64,000 nt of DNA, from the NCBI GenBank assembly GCA_026418155.1, contig JAOABV010000001.1, positions 457-64,456 of the forward strand. Direction: 5' to 3'. The first letter of the stretch is position 1, and each line of letters opens with the position of its first letter. Shown here piece by piece: positions 1 through 9,895 of the stretch. The notes under the pieces were generated by a model. That model searched no databases and was not told the DNA's origin. It saw only the letters and a program-made list of their open reading frames with translations. A program made the translations under genes and the position numbers. The stretch is from a candidate division WOR-3 bacterium (GTDB lineage Bacteria > Hydrothermota > Tepidihabitantia > Tepidihabitantales > CAIPLT01).

Positions 1-33
1 ACATTCAATAACAGATAGTTTAAACGATAGATT

Positions 34-61
34 TTGACTTTTAATTTAATCTAATTATAAT
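34..61 (+). promoter_or_regulatory. sigma70-like promoter (TTGACT-16-TATAAT) immediately upstream of the response regulator ATG at 68; the spacing implies a leaderless or near-leaderless transcript
   Basis: ttgact at 34-39 and tataat at 56-61; ATG at 68 with no room for an SD. Confidence 0.35.
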
Positions 62-67
62 GTTTAT

Positions 68-751
68 ATGCCAAAACTGATTGCCGTAGTTGATGACGAA
101 GAAGATATTGTCGATTTAATCACTCACCATTTGGAAAAAGAGAAATTTAAGGTTGAGCCTTTTTATGATGGTGAGGCATTATTAGAATATGTTAAAAAGA
201 CTAAACCCAATTTAATTATCTTGGATTTAATGTTGCCTGGAATTGATGGGTTAGAAGTTTGTAAATTCTTAAAGAAAGAAGAGTCAACCAGTTCAATTCC
301 AATAATTATGCTTACCGCAAAAAGCACTGAGGCCGACAAAGTGCTTGGTTTGGAGTTAGGGGCTGATGATTACATTACTAAACCATTTAGTCTTAGGGAA
401 TTGGTCGCACGAGTTAAATCCGTTTTACGCCGATTTGAGTCTAAACAACTCCAAGCGAAAATTGTTGAAATCGATGATCTAATGATTGATTTATCAAAAT
501 ATCTGGTGACAATTAATAAAAAGAAGATTAATTTGACTACCACTGAGTTTAAACTATTGTCCGCTTTAATTTCTCGACCGGGTTGGGTATTTAGTCGCCA
601 GCAATTATTAGATGAAATTTGGGAATACGACCGCGTTGTGCTTGACCGCACAATCGATGTCCATATTCGTAACTTACGAAAAAAACTGGGCAAATACGGT
701 AAATATATCAAATCAATGCGCGGTGTAGGTTATAAATTTGAAAAGGAGTAA
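68..751 (+). CDS. phoB: OmpR/PhoB-family winged-helix response regulator
   Basis: Receiver domain with phospho-acceptor Asp in ...LIILDLMLPGIDG..., K in LTAKS, C-terminal winged-helix (trans_reg_C); adjacent to a histidine kinase and the pst operon. Confidence 0.85.
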   Translation: MPKLIAVVDDEEDIVDLITHHLEKEKFKVEPFYDGEALLEYVKKTKPNLIILDLMLPGIDGLEVCKFLKKEESTSSIPIIMLTAKSTEADKVLGLELGADDYITKPFSLRELVARVKSVLRRFESKQLQAKIVEIDDLMIDLSKYLVTINKKKINLTTTEFKLLSALISRPGWVFSRQQLLDEIWEYDRVVLDRTIDVHIRNLRKKLGKYGKYIKSMRGVGYKFEKE

Positions 752-757
752 TCCATT

Positions 758-2506
758 TTGAGACTTAATCTATTCTTACGCCAATTTCTAACTTATGCGT
801 TAATTATTATTCTGACCACCTCAATTATCATTTTAATTACATCTTACGAGTATAAAAAAAACTATCTAAAAAGTTTGGAAATAGATTTACAAAAACAGGC
901 AGAGATTATCCGTGCTGAGATTAAAGACGATTTGATTAATAAAAAATACAAAAAGATTGATTCCTTTATCAATAATCTCGCACCTCAAATTAAAACCCGA
1001 ATTACGATTATCCGAAATGATGGCGTCGTCATTGCCGAATCAGATTATTCGGCTGATAAGATGGAAGACCACTCCACCCGCTCGGAATTTATCCAAGCCA
1101 TTCAAACCGGATTGGGCAAAAAAATTCGCTTTAGCAAAACTATGCAACAAAATATGCTCTATGTCGCAGTTCCCATAACTGATAATAATAAAGTGCTCGC
1201 AGTAGTTAGAACCAGTGCCTATCTCAGCCCAATACAGAAAGATTTATCGGCTGTTAATAGGAAAATTATTTATTTTGCAGCCATATTAACAATTTTAGCA
1301 TTAATTTTAGCATTTATCTTCTCAAAGAATGTAATTCAGCCAATTCGTCTTTTAACTAAAACTGCAGAGCGTATTAAAAACGGCGAATTTCAAACACATA
1401 TCATAAGTAATCGACAAGATGAAATTGGTGATTTAACAAAGGCAATTAATAAAATGGCCGATTCACTCAATACCTTATTTAACACATTACATTCCGAGCG
1501 CGAAGAGATTAAATCGGTCTTAAGCGCAATGACCGAAGGACTGTTAGTGTTAAACGATAAAGACCAAATTATTGCAACCAACGAAAGTTTCAAAACCATT
1601 GCTAATGTGAATAATGTCATTGGCCAATACTATTGGCAAATAATTAAGCACAACCTATTCAATCAGTTAGTTGCAGAACTGAGAGATAAAAAAATCTTGC
1701 GTAATCAAGAAATCGAACTTAACAACAACATCTATGCGGTAAGTGGTAAATTAATTGAAGGGCAAAACGGCCGAAATAAAGCCATTTTCGTCTTTTATGA
1801 CATCACCGAAGTCAAAAAACTTGAGAAAATTAAAGCCGATTTTATTGCCAATGTTTCCCATGAATTAAAAACCCCACTTACCAGTATTAAAGGTTTTGCT
1901 GATACTCTAACTGACGAAGTTAGCAAAAAACATCAAAAATTTGTTAGGACCATTAGTCGTAATGCTGACCGTCTCATCAACATCGTGCAAGACTTATTGG
2001 TAATTTCAGATTTAGAAAACCGAGAACAGAAACTCGAGGTCGAAAAAATTAATTTTCCCGAAATGCTGAGTAATCTTAAGAAAATGTTTAGCGCTAACCT
2101 TAAAAGCAAAAAATTAAAACTTAATCTCAAAATTGAGTCCGACGCTCAAGAATGGTTCGCAGATTATTTTTTAATTGAGCAGATGTTTACCAATTTAATT
2201 GATAATGCCATTAAATATAATCGAGAAAAGGGAGAAATTTATATTATTATTCAAAAGGTGGACGACAATCTAAAAATTATAGTTGAAGATACTGGTATTG
2301 GCATTAGCCGAGAACATTGGGATAGAATCTTTGAAAGATTTTATGTGGTTGATAAATCTCGTTCGCGTAAACTGGGCGGAACTGGACTGGGACTTGCAAT
2401 TGTCAAACACATTGTCTTAAGTCACAATGGCGAGATTAAAGTCGAAAGCGAAGTTGGTAAAGGAACAAGATTTATTGTTACACTTCCGCAATATAGTAGC
2501 GCGTAA
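758..2506 (+). CDS. phoR: sensor histidine kinase, PhoR-like (TM, HAMP, PAS, HisKA, HATPase)
   Basis: H-box ...FIANVSHELKTPLTSI..., N/G boxes (DNAIKYN, GTGLGLAI); TTG start 6 nt after phoB stop. Confidence 0.8.
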   Translation: MRLNLFLRQFLTYALIIILTTSIIILITSYEYKKNYLKSLEIDLQKQAEIIRAEIKDDLINKKYKKIDSFINNLAPQIKTRITIIRNDGVVIAESDYSADKMEDHSTRSEFIQAIQTGLGKKIRFSKTMQQNMLYVAVPITDNNKVLAVVRTSAYLSPIQKDLSAVNRKIIYFAAILTILALILAFIFSKNVIQPIRLLTKTAERIKNGEFQTHIISNRQDEIGDLTKAINKMADSLNTLFNTLHSEREEIKSVLSAMTEGLLVLNDKDQIIATNESFKTIANVNNVIGQYYWQIIKHNLFNQLVAELRDKKILRNQEIELNNNIYAVSGKLIEGQNGRNKAIFVFYDITEVKKLEKIKADFIANVSHELKTPLTSIKGFADTLTDEVSKKHQKFVRTISRNADRLINIVQDLLVISDLENREQKLEVEKINFPEMLSNLKKMFSANLKSKKLKLNLKIESDAQEWFADYFLIEQMFTNLIDNAIKYNREKGEIYIIIQKVDDNLKIIVEDTGIGISREHWDRIFERFYVVDKSRSRKLGGTGLGLAIVKHIVLSHNGEIKVESEVGKGTRFIVTLPQYSSA

Positions 2507-2592
2507 CCCATAATGGCGAAATCAAAGTCGAAAGCGAAGTTGGCAAAGGAACAAGATTTATTATTACACTTCCGCAATATAGTTGCGTGTAA
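2421..2592 (+). repeat. ~86-bp tandem duplication of the phoR 3' end; copy 2 is a decayed, non-coding copy containing the TTG at 2583
   Basis: 2421-2506 vs 2507-2592 differ only by scattered transitions; both copies end ...cacttccgcaatatagt(a/t)gcg(c/t)gtaa. Confidence 0.85.
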
Positions 2593-3071
2593 AGATTTAC
2601 GAGCATATAACCGTGAATGTGAATAAGAAAAAGGTCTTATTCATCTGTACCCATAATTCTGCACGGTCGCAAATGGCTGAAGGATTACTAAATCATTTAT
2701 ATGGCGATAGATACGAAGCATATAGCGCCGGCACTCAACCAACCATGGTAAATCCTTATGCAATTAAAGTGATGCGGGAGATTGGCATTGATATTTCACA
2801 CCATCGGTCAAAAAGTGTGCAGGAGTTTCTAAATCAAGAAATAAATTATGTAATAACTGTTTGCGACAGCGCTAAAGAAACCTGTCCATTCTTTCCGGGT
2901 GGTAAAAAACGACTACACCAAAGTTTTCAAGACCCTTCAGACTTTACTGGCAATGAAGAAGAAACCCTAAATATCTTTAGGAAAGTAAGAGATGAGATAA
3001 AAATGTGGATTGAGGAGACCTTTGCTAAAATAATCAAAGAAAATACAGAAAATTCCGAAAACCCCGCTTGA
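2583..3071 (+). CDS. arsC: thioredoxin-coupled arsenate reductase ArsC (LMW-PTP family); true start is probably GTG ~2622
   Basis: P-loop CTHNSARSQMAEG; downstream VITVCDSAKETCPFFP Cys pair as in Staphylococcus/Bacillus ArsC; C-terminal ...FRKVRDEI... Confidence 0.75.
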   Translation: MRVKIYEHITVNVNKKKVLFICTHNSARSQMAEGLLNHLYGDRYEAYSAGTQPTMVNPYAIKVMREIGIDISHHRSKSVQEFLNQEINYVITVCDSAKETCPFFPGGKKRLHQSFQDPSDFTGNEEETLNIFRKVRDEIKMWIEETFAKIIKENTENSENPA

Positions 3072-3085
3072 CTTCTTAGGTTATC

Positions 3086-3300
3086 TATTAGGCAATTTAA
3101 TCGGCAGGCTATTAGGTAATTCAAAGGTTAACACAAAAGGTATTCTAAGGGGTATACCCCCGGGCAAGCCCCTAAACAAGCCGATGGGCTATCGACTGGC
3201 TGACCCCTCGGTCTGCCCAAAGGATTGCACAAGGAACAACCCAAGTGTTTGTCCAAAGGATTGCCGATTAAACAAGTCAGGGCAATTGGTTTTAGGATTA
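3086..3300. repeat. GC-rich structured non-coding segment related in motif content (ggcaagcc, cctcgg, taggtaa) to the elements at 15002 and 50352
   Basis: Local GC spike in an AT-rich genome; internal direct repeats ccaaaggattgc x2 and ctattagg x2; no ORF. Confidence 0.4.
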
Positions 3301-3506
3301 ACAATATTAAAATTTAATTCCTGTTGCTGACGCTACATCTTGCGTCAATCCAGTCAAAACCAACTATATCTACCTTAACCAAATCTTAACAATCCGTTTA
3401 TATTCTCTTAACTGGAGGCTGGTATATTTTAGGCGTATGAATGATAATTTTATTTTGGCGTTTGCCACCAGTAAATTTCTTGAGCCACTTCGTATTGTAA
3501 AAAGTG

Positions 3507-3600
3507 TTAATCTCCGCGCTGATTTACCACATCTCCTAAAAATTCACCACATAGTGCCCTCCTTGTGGTTTTTAAATCAGCGCGGGGTTAACACAAAATA
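3507..3600. other. long imperfect hairpin (21-nt stem, ~45-nt loop with nested stem); candidate structured RNA or terminator. The overlapping ORF 3437..3751 is probably spurious
   Basis: gttaatctccgcgctgattta ... taaatcagcgcggggttaac inverted repeat; nested ccaca...tgtgg. Confidence 0.4.
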
Positions 3601-3743
3601 TGTAAAGAAAGGAGGCAAAGTCCGACAAAAACTAATAAAAGATGCCTTGGCAATAAAACCGCCATGCATCTTTAAGGTCATCACAAAATTTATGTATCAA
3701 TTATTATTAAATATATATAAAAAATTAAAGGAAGGAGATAATA

Positions 3744-4145
3744 ATGTTTAACATTGGCACAATGTTTTTGACAGTTTCAGCACTATCGTTCTCTCCTGCT
3801 AATATTACAACCGCTCAAGCGAATAAAATTTCCGAATTACGACTATATGCAGATAATGGACAAGAACTCCTTTCGGCTGAAGGGATGATGCCTGAAATCG
3901 TTGTTACTGCTGAGTATCCGCAAACGTCCTCTACAACTAATCAACCCAACAAATTTCAACAGATTAACGATTACTTCACATTTATTGTTAATGTGCTAAT
4001 TGTCCTATTCTTTATGGGAATGGGAATTACAACATTATTATCAAAATGGAAAAGACGCAAAGGTCATAAGAAAGAAAAAGGTCCATTTTCCCTTCCGCCT
4101 TTTTCTAATAAAAATATCGATTTAGGCAAGGATTATGCCTGCTAA
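3744..4145 (+). CDS. hypothetical small exported/membrane protein (N-terminal signal-like segment, C-terminal TM, basic tail)
   Basis: ORF only; hydrophobic N-terminus and IVNVLIVLFFMGMGITTLL TM segment. Confidence 0.35.
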   Translation: MFNIGTMFLTVSALSFSPANITTAQANKISELRLYADNGQELLSAEGMMPEIVVTAEYPQTSSTTNQPNKFQQINDYFTFIVNVLIVLFFMGMGITTLLSKWKRRKGHKKEKGPFSLPPFSNKNIDLGKDYAC

Positions 4146-4254
4146 TCGAAAAGATGAAAATATGAATAATAATCAACCATATTTTCATCCAAAGCCAGAA
4201 AACTATCCCCTCGATAAAGAAATTAAATTTAATCTTAATAATACCATAAAATTA

Positions 4255-4375
4255 TTTATCGGTGATAAGTTCTGGCTTGAAAAATATATCTTAAAAAACT
4301 ATATAAGAAAGAAAGCCGTTGGTAAATTCTGGTTTGATAAATATGTCATAAAAAATATATATCAAAAAGGAGTTA
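4255..4375 (+). repeat. 2 x ~57-bp tandem direct repeat just upstream of the porin start; copy 2 carries a Pho-box-like TGTCATAAAA half-site
   Basis: ggtgataagttctggcttgaaaaatatatc... vs ggtaaattctggtttgataaatatgtcataaaaaatatat... Confidence 0.5.
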
Positions 4376-4377
4376 TT

Positions 4378-5532
4378 ATGCTTAAAAAAACTGTCATCAA
4401 ATTAACTCTCTTATTTTTAACTTGGACAGTAGGGTTACAAGCCGGCGAAACCAAAGTTGCCGGTGAAATCTGGAATCGGTATATGGTATATCGGAAAGAC
4501 AACAAAACAACCCTTAATCAATTCTCGTTTGACCGCGGTTATCTCACCTTAGAACCGAAATTAAGCGATAAAATCAAGGGCCGTTTTACCCTTGATTTTT
4601 TCTCAAGCGATAAATATAATGATGGCGCTGGCATCAAAGTAAAATACGGATTTTTACAATTTGCCGAACCAATACCAATTAAAGAGAGCAACCTCGAAAT
4701 CGGTTTAGTGAAAAACTATTTTGGTCTGGTCTACGACTGGGCTTATCCAGTAATTGAGAAGGCAATTGAAGATAAAGAAAAAGTTGCGGCATCAGTTGAC
4801 TACGGAATCGCATTTACAGGCTATCTACCAAAGGGATTTGGCGAATATGCAGTCGGTTTGTATAATGGCGAAGGTTACACTAAGACCCAAAGTAAAGTTA
4901 ATACTCAATTCGCACCATTGTTCAATCTCCGGTTAACCCCAATTGCTGGTATTACCTTGGGTGGTTCAATAATCGTAGATAAGCCAGGCGTAACTGGTTT
5001 AGTGCGACAGACTACTACTACCAGTCGTGCTGAATCGCTATTCAAAAATGTCTATGATAAACGACGAGTAATTGCCGGCATTACCAAACTTGCATTTGGA
5101 CCAGTTGAAATCTGGGGTGAGTATTTAACCAATTATTATGATTCCACTATTACTAAAAAAGTGTCCCGCCCCAATATTCCGGATACCATAACGACTACAA
5201 CTTATATTTACAAAAGTAAAGGTTTTTCCTTAACTCCTATTTTCTCATTAAACCAATTAACCGGTTTGGATGTTGAACTGGTTTTTCGCTATGATTTTTG
5301 GGATAGCAACACTGATGTTAAAGACTATAAGAGTGCTTTCTCTACGATGGTAATTGGTGGTAATTACAATATCCTAAGAGGACTAAGTGCTGACCCTGTC
5401 TTAACTTTGCAAATAAACTGGCAGCGTAAAACTTTCAAAAAGGAAGATCCGTCAATTCCTGATGTCAAAAAGCCCGAGGACCAGATTGGTGTTCAATTAA
5501 AGTGGAAATATAGTTCCACAATCCTTAATTAA
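4378..5532 (+). CDS. outer-membrane beta-barrel porin, possibly phosphate-selective (OprO/P-like), in the Pho locus
   Basis: SD aaaaaggag + ATG 4378; signal peptide MLKKTVIKLTLLFLTWTVGLQA; alternating amphipathic beta-strand pattern, aromatic C-terminus; sits between phoR and pstS. Confidence 0.5.
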   Translation: MLKKTVIKLTLLFLTWTVGLQAGETKVAGEIWNRYMVYRKDNKTTLNQFSFDRGYLTLEPKLSDKIKGRFTLDFFSSDKYNDGAGIKVKYGFLQFAEPIPIKESNLEIGLVKNYFGLVYDWAYPVIEKAIEDKEKVAASVDYGIAFTGYLPKGFGEYAVGLYNGEGYTKTQSKVNTQFAPLFNLRLTPIAGITLGGSIIVDKPGVTGLVRQTTTTSRAESLFKNVYDKRRVIAGITKLAFGPVEIWGEYLTNYYDSTITKKVSRPNIPDTITTTTYIYKSKGFSLTPIFSLNQLTGLDVELVFRYDFWDSNTDVKDYKSAFSTMVIGGNYNILRGLSADPVLTLQINWQRKTFKKEDPSIPDVKKPEDQIGVQLKWKYSSTILN

Positions 5533-5622
5533 AAATGAAACACGAATCTGCGAATACTACAAAAAATAAGATTATTTATGCGGTTCGTGTTTATTTGTAT
5601 AAACAATCTCTTGGAGGTATAA

Positions 5623-6453
5623 ATGAAAAACTTATTTAATTTAGTAAAGTTTTTGTTGGTGGTCAGTTTAACTATCTTATCTACAACCAGTTTATTTGGA
5701 GCCAAGAAAAACATTACCTTGGCGGGTTCAACCACAGTCTTACCGATTGCCCAAAAATGTGCTGAAGCCTTTATGGATATTAATCCGAAAGTAAATATTT
5801 CCGTGCGCGGCGGTGGTTCGGGTGTTGGTATTGCTTCACTCATTGCTAAATCGGTTGATATTGGTATGTCTTCTCGACCAATTAAGGATAAAGAATTAGC
5901 AACTGCAAAACAGAAAGGTGTTAATCCAGTTGGTAACATCATTGCTTTAGACGGCTTAGCGATTATTGTCCACCCGCAAAATCCAATTAATGAAATTACC
6001 TTAAAGACACTTAAAGATATTTACACAGGTAAAATCACTAACTGGAAAGCCTTAGGTGGTCCGGACCGCGAAATTGTCGTTGTGTCTCGAGATGTTGCCT
6101 CAGGAACTTTTGAAGTCTTCAAAGAGAAAGTGCTGGGTGGCGATAAACCGAAGGATGACGCTTTAATGCTTGCTTCGAATAAGGCAGTTGCGACTTCGGT
6201 CCAAGAAACACCTGGCGCAATTGGCTATGTCGGGGTCGGCTATCTCTCTGAAGGAATTAAGTCTTTGAAGGTGGATGGCATTATGCCAAGCAATAAAACA
6301 GTCCAAGACGGCACTTATAAATTAGCCCGACCTTTATTTATGTACACTAACGGCTCACCAAAAGGTTTGGTCAAAGAATTTATTGATTTTATCTTATCGA
6401 ACACCGGTCAGAAATTAGTAAACGAGGCGGGCTTTGTACCGATTAATAAATAA
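5623..6453 (+). CDS. pstS: phosphate ABC transporter substrate-binding protein PstS
   Basis: SD ggagg; signal peptide; PBP fold motifs ...GSTTVLPIAQK...SVRGGGSGVG... Confidence 0.9.
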   Translation: MKNLFNLVKFLLVVSLTILSTTSLFGAKKNITLAGSTTVLPIAQKCAEAFMDINPKVNISVRGGGSGVGIASLIAKSVDIGMSSRPIKDKELATAKQKGVNPVGNIIALDGLAIIVHPQNPINEITLKTLKDIYTGKITNWKALGGPDREIVVVSRDVASGTFEVFKEKVLGGDKPKDDALMLASNKAVATSVQETPGAIGYVGVGYLSEGIKSLKVDGIMPSNKTVQDGTYKLARPLFMYTNGSPKGLVKEFIDFILSNTGQKLVNEAGFVPINK

Positions 6454-6566
6454 AACCCAGATTTCATTCGACTTTTTCTTGCTCGTTTTTCCATACGAAT
6501 TTTTCTTGCTTGTTTTTCTATACGAAAAGCCGACTTTGCTATTCTGAGCGCATGCAATGATATGAT

Positions 6567-6728
6567 TTGGTTTAAAGATGTGCCAAAGTGTCATTTTTTG
6601 TAGTAAGATTTTCTATTATTGTTTGGTAGATTTATTATTACCACTCCATATAATACGAATATATATAATACGAATATAAAAGCAAACTTAAAATAATGTC
6701 TACTCTTAAAATGAACTTTGGCACATCT
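6567..6728. repeat. 14-bp perfect inverted repeat (AGATGTGCCAAAGT / ACTTTGGCACATCT) flanking ~135 bp of AT-rich DNA between pstS and pstC; MITE-like or large stem-loop
   Basis: Inverted repeat seen directly; the interior has tandem aatacgaatata x2. Confidence 0.5.
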
Positions 6729-7271
6729 TGCCATTTTTTTGTGCTTATCCTTTATGGATAATTTGAAATACAAATTTATATATTATCTCTTCACACTTAC
6801 TTTTTCTCGGAATAGAGCCTTTTGCCACTAAAGAAACTAAATGTTTTTAAGCCTTTTGGATATTTATAGCACTTTCTCTCGTTTTTCACTTATGGAACTT
6901 CTGAAAAGGACAAATTTCTGCTCAGTAAAAACATTGAAATTATCAAATTTACTTTCTGTTCTCTTTGACATTCTTTTCGTATGGGCACTTATGAGTTCTC
7001 GGAATAAAAATAAATTTTTGCTCAAGAATTTACAGAAATCTCTTAATTTTTTGCAAGTTCCAAGACACATTTTCCGTGTTTTTGCTTAATGAGACATCTG
7101 ATAAAGTATTATCTAACTTACGTAAGCCCCAGAAAAACAAGAAATATACTCAGTGATTTCAATAACAAATTGTTTTTTTTATTCTCGCTCTTATAAAGTA
7201 TTGACAAATTTCAGTTCTTCCTGATACTTTTCTATGTAAAGTTTATTTGCGTTAACAGTTTTTAGAATTAT

Positions 7272-8150
7272 ATGATGAAATTTAAAGAATCCCTATTCAA
7301 ATATCTGGCACTTTTTGCTGCATTATGCTCGGTTATCTTTCTCTTTGGTATTATTTTTAGCATTTTTAAGGAAGGTTATCCCATCTTTAAAATCTACGGG
7401 ATTATAAAATTTCTGTTTACAACCAGTTGGCATCCGACTCATGATGAACCGAGTTATGGAATTTTGGCATTACTTGTTGGGTCATTTATTGTAACTGCTG
7501 GTTCTTTAATTGTCGCAATTCCTTTAGGTGTTGGCTCTGCAATATATTTATCGGAAATCGCTGGTTTCAAAACTCGCGAAGTCTTAAAGCCTTTTGTTGA
7601 ACTTTTGGCTGGCATTCCCTCAGTAATTTATGGCTTGTTTGGAATGGCGTTTTTAGCACCATTTGTAATGCGGTTATTTAATCTTTCAACTGGACTAAAT
7701 GCTTTTACGGCTTCAATAATTTTAGGTATTATGGTTGTGCCAATTATTGCCAGTATTTCTGAAGATGCTATCTCATCAATTCCTAATGAGTTGCGCGAGG
7801 CGTCTTATGCCTTGGGTGCAAATAAATGGGAAACAATTTATAAAGTTATTTTACCTGCAGCCAAATCGGGCATCTATGCCAGCATCATACTCGGTTTTGG
7901 TCGGGCAATTGGTGAGACGATGCTTGTGTTAATGGTGGCTGGTGGTTCGGCAATAATTCCTAAGTCAATTTTTTCTCCAGTCCGACCTATGACCGCAACG
8001 ATTGCAGCAGAAATGGGTGAGACTGTAGTAGGTAGTGAACATTATCATGCATTATTTGGCATTGCCATCGTCCTGTTTGTCATCACTTTCATCTCCAATT
8101 TAATTACTGAATCAATCAAAAGAAAAGTGATGCGGTCACAAAACCTATGA
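7272..8150 (+). CDS. pstC: phosphate ABC transporter permease PstC
   Basis: Multi-TM, EAA-like loop ...ASYALGANKWETIYKVILPAAKSGI... Confidence 0.9.
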   Translation: MMKFKESLFKYLALFAALCSVIFLFGIIFSIFKEGYPIFKIYGIIKFLFTTSWHPTHDEPSYGILALLVGSFIVTAGSLIVAIPLGVGSAIYLSEIAGFKTREVLKPFVELLAGIPSVIYGLFGMAFLAPFVMRLFNLSTGLNAFTASIILGIMVVPIIASISEDAISSIPNELREASYALGANKWETIYKVILPAAKSGIYASIILGFGRAIGETMLVLMVAGGSAIIPKSIFSPVRPMTATIAAEMGETVVGSEHYHALFGIAIVLFVITFISNLITESIKRKVMRSQNL

Positions 8151-8277
8151 GACCGAAACTAAGATTAAATTCTACGCACATCCTGTTTATCATTACTTTC
8201 ATCTCCAATTTAATTACTGAATTAATGTAATGCAGTCACAAAACCTATGAAACTGAAACGCAGATTAAATCAGGCAG
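8069..8277 (+). repeat. ~110-bp tandem duplication spanning the pstC stop / pstA start junction
   Basis: 8081-8188 vs 8191-8277 (catcactttcatctccaatttaattactgaa...); the pstA ATG lies in copy 2 and the pstC stop in copy 1. Confidence 0.85.
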
Positions 8278-9104
8278 TCTGGCTTATCTTAGTGCGCATA
8301 GCCCTTCTAATTAGTATCTTGTTTTTAATCATATTCTTAGTAATGATATTGGCTAAAGGCAGTAAGGTCTTATCGATTTCTTTCTTAACTCAACCGCCCA
8401 AAGAAGGAATGACTGCGGGTGGTATTTTCCCGGCAATTTTAGGAACTTTTTATTTAGTGCTCTTAACAATTATTGTTGCATTGCCCTTAGGCGTATTTGC
8501 GGCAATCTATTTATCCGAATATGCCCAATCTGGACATTTGGTCAATATTATCCGCACCGCAATTAATACCTTAGCCGGTGTGCCTTCGATTGTCTTTGGA
8601 CTTTTCGGCTTGGCGATATTTGTTAATATGTTCGGTTTTGGCGTATCTATCTTATCTGGTTCTTTGACCTTAGCAATTTTAATTTTACCGATTATTATCA
8701 ATGCCAGTGAAGAAGCAATTAAGATGGTACCGGATAGTTTTCGCCAAGCGGCATATGCCTTAGGTGCCACTAAAAGACAAACCATTACTAAAGTAGTATT
8801 ACCGACTGCTCTGCCGAATATTCTAACCGGTGCAATTATTAGCGTTGGGCGGGCAGCAGGTGAAACCGCACCAATTCTTTTTACCGCAGCAACATTTTAT
8901 ACCCGAAAATTGCCGACTTCAATTCTTGACGAAGTAATGGCTTTGCCTTACCATATCTATGCTTTAATGACTGAAGGCACGGCTCCTAAACAGCAAGTAC
9001 CCATTGCCTATGGCACTTCAGTTGTTTTATTGCTTTTAGTATTAACCGTTAATTTAGTCGCAATAATTATTCGATACCGAATTAGAAAGAGAAAAAAATG
9101 GTAA
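8247..9104 (+). CDS. pstA: phosphate ABC transporter permease PstA
   Basis: Multi-TM, ...[28 protein letters not shown]... Confidence 0.9.
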   Translation: MKLKRRLNQAVWLILVRIALLISILFLIIFLVMILAKGSKVLSISFLTQPPKEGMTAGGIFPAILGTFYLVLLTIIVALPLGVFAAIYLSEYAQSGHLVNIIRTAINTLAGVPSIVFGLFGLAIFVNMFGFGVSILSGSLTLAILILPIIINASEEAIKMVPDSFRQAAYALGATKRQTITKVVLPTALPNILTGAIISVGRAAGETAPILFTAATFYTRKLPTSILDEVMALPYHIYALMTEGTAPKQQVPIAYGTSVVLLLLVLTVNLVAIIIRYRIRKRKKW

Positions 9105-9886
9105 CAAATAAAAACAACCAATGTGTTGATATTTGTGATTTGTTATGTGTCAAGGACCTTAATTTGTGGTTTGGCGAAAAACATGTCTTAAAAAATATCA
9201 ATATGTCAACACCATGTAAAAAACTGACCGCAATTATTGGTCCTTCTGGTTGCGGTAAATCCACTTTAATTCGATGTTTTAATCGAATGAATGACTTGAT
9301 TCCTGAAGCCAAAATAAAAGGCAGTATTTTAATTGATGGCGTTGACATCTACTCGGATAAGATTGATATTTATGAATTACGGATGAAAGTCGGTATGGTC
9401 TTTCAAAAACCGAATCCATTTCCGAAATCTATCTTAGAAAATGTCTTATTCGGGTTAAAAATCAAAGGCAAATTATCTAAAAGTCAAATGATGGAAAAGG
9501 TAGAAAAGAGTTTGCGGGATGCTTGGTTGTGGGATGAAGTCAAAGACCGCTTACACGATAATGCGTTCAGTTTATCTGGCGGACAACAGCAACGGTTATG
9601 CATTGCTCGGGCTTTAGCCACTGACCCAGAAATCATTCTCTTAGATGAGCCAACTTCTGCTTTAGACCCACAGTCAACGGCTAAAATTGAAGATTTGCTT
9701 GTGGAATTAAAAAACAATGTCACCATAATTCAAGTCACTCATAATATTGCTCAAGCCGCTCGCATCTCGGATTATATTGCCTTTATCTATTTAGGCGAAC
9801 TGGTGGAATTCGATTTGACGGAAAAGATTATGACGACTCCCAAAGACAAAAGGACTGAGGCCTATCTTACAGGAAAGTTTGGCTAA
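9098..9886 (+). CDS. pstB: phosphate ABC transporter ATP-binding protein PstB
   Basis: Walker [10 protein letters not shown], signature LSGGQQQRL, Walker [12 protein letters not shown]. Confidence 0.95.
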   Translation: MVTNKNNQCVDICDLLCVKDLNLWFGEKHVLKNINMSTPCKKLTAIIGPSGCGKSTLIRCFNRMNDLIPEAKIKGSILIDGVDIYSDKIDIYELRMKVGMVFQKPNPFPKSILENVLFGLKIKGKLSKSQMMEKVEKSLRDAWLWDEVKDRLHDNAFSLSGGQQQRLCIARALATDPEIILLDEPTSALDPQSTAKIEDLLVELKNNVTIIQVTHNIAQAARISDYIAFIYLGELVEFDLTEKIMTTPKDKRTEAYLTGKFG

Positions 9887-9895
9887 GGAGAAATT

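Noticed and set aside
370-711. Antisense or internal ORFs inside confidently called genes (e.g. 370..711-, 957..1178+, 8507..8785-, 9484..9726-, 44200..44829+, 61589..62200-)
   Set aside because: They are embedded in well-supported CDSs on the opposite strand or in another frame, and are low-complexity.
2421-2592. Diversity-generating retroelement (variable/template repeat pair) as the explanation for 3'-end duplications
   Set aside because: Differences between copies are scattered transitions (G/A, T/C) rather than adenine-specific, no reverse transcriptase gene is nearby, and the same pattern occurs at gene 5' ends.
3086-3300. tRNA or tmRNA in the GC-rich islands (3086-3300, 15002-15240, 50352-50700)
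   Set aside because: No cloverleaf with T-loop GTTCGA/acceptor pairing and no tmRNA tag-peptide or tRNA-like end could be found by eye.
3437-3751. 104-aa ORF
   Set aside because: It overlaps a long hairpin/inverted repeat, has no recognisable motif and has poor start context.
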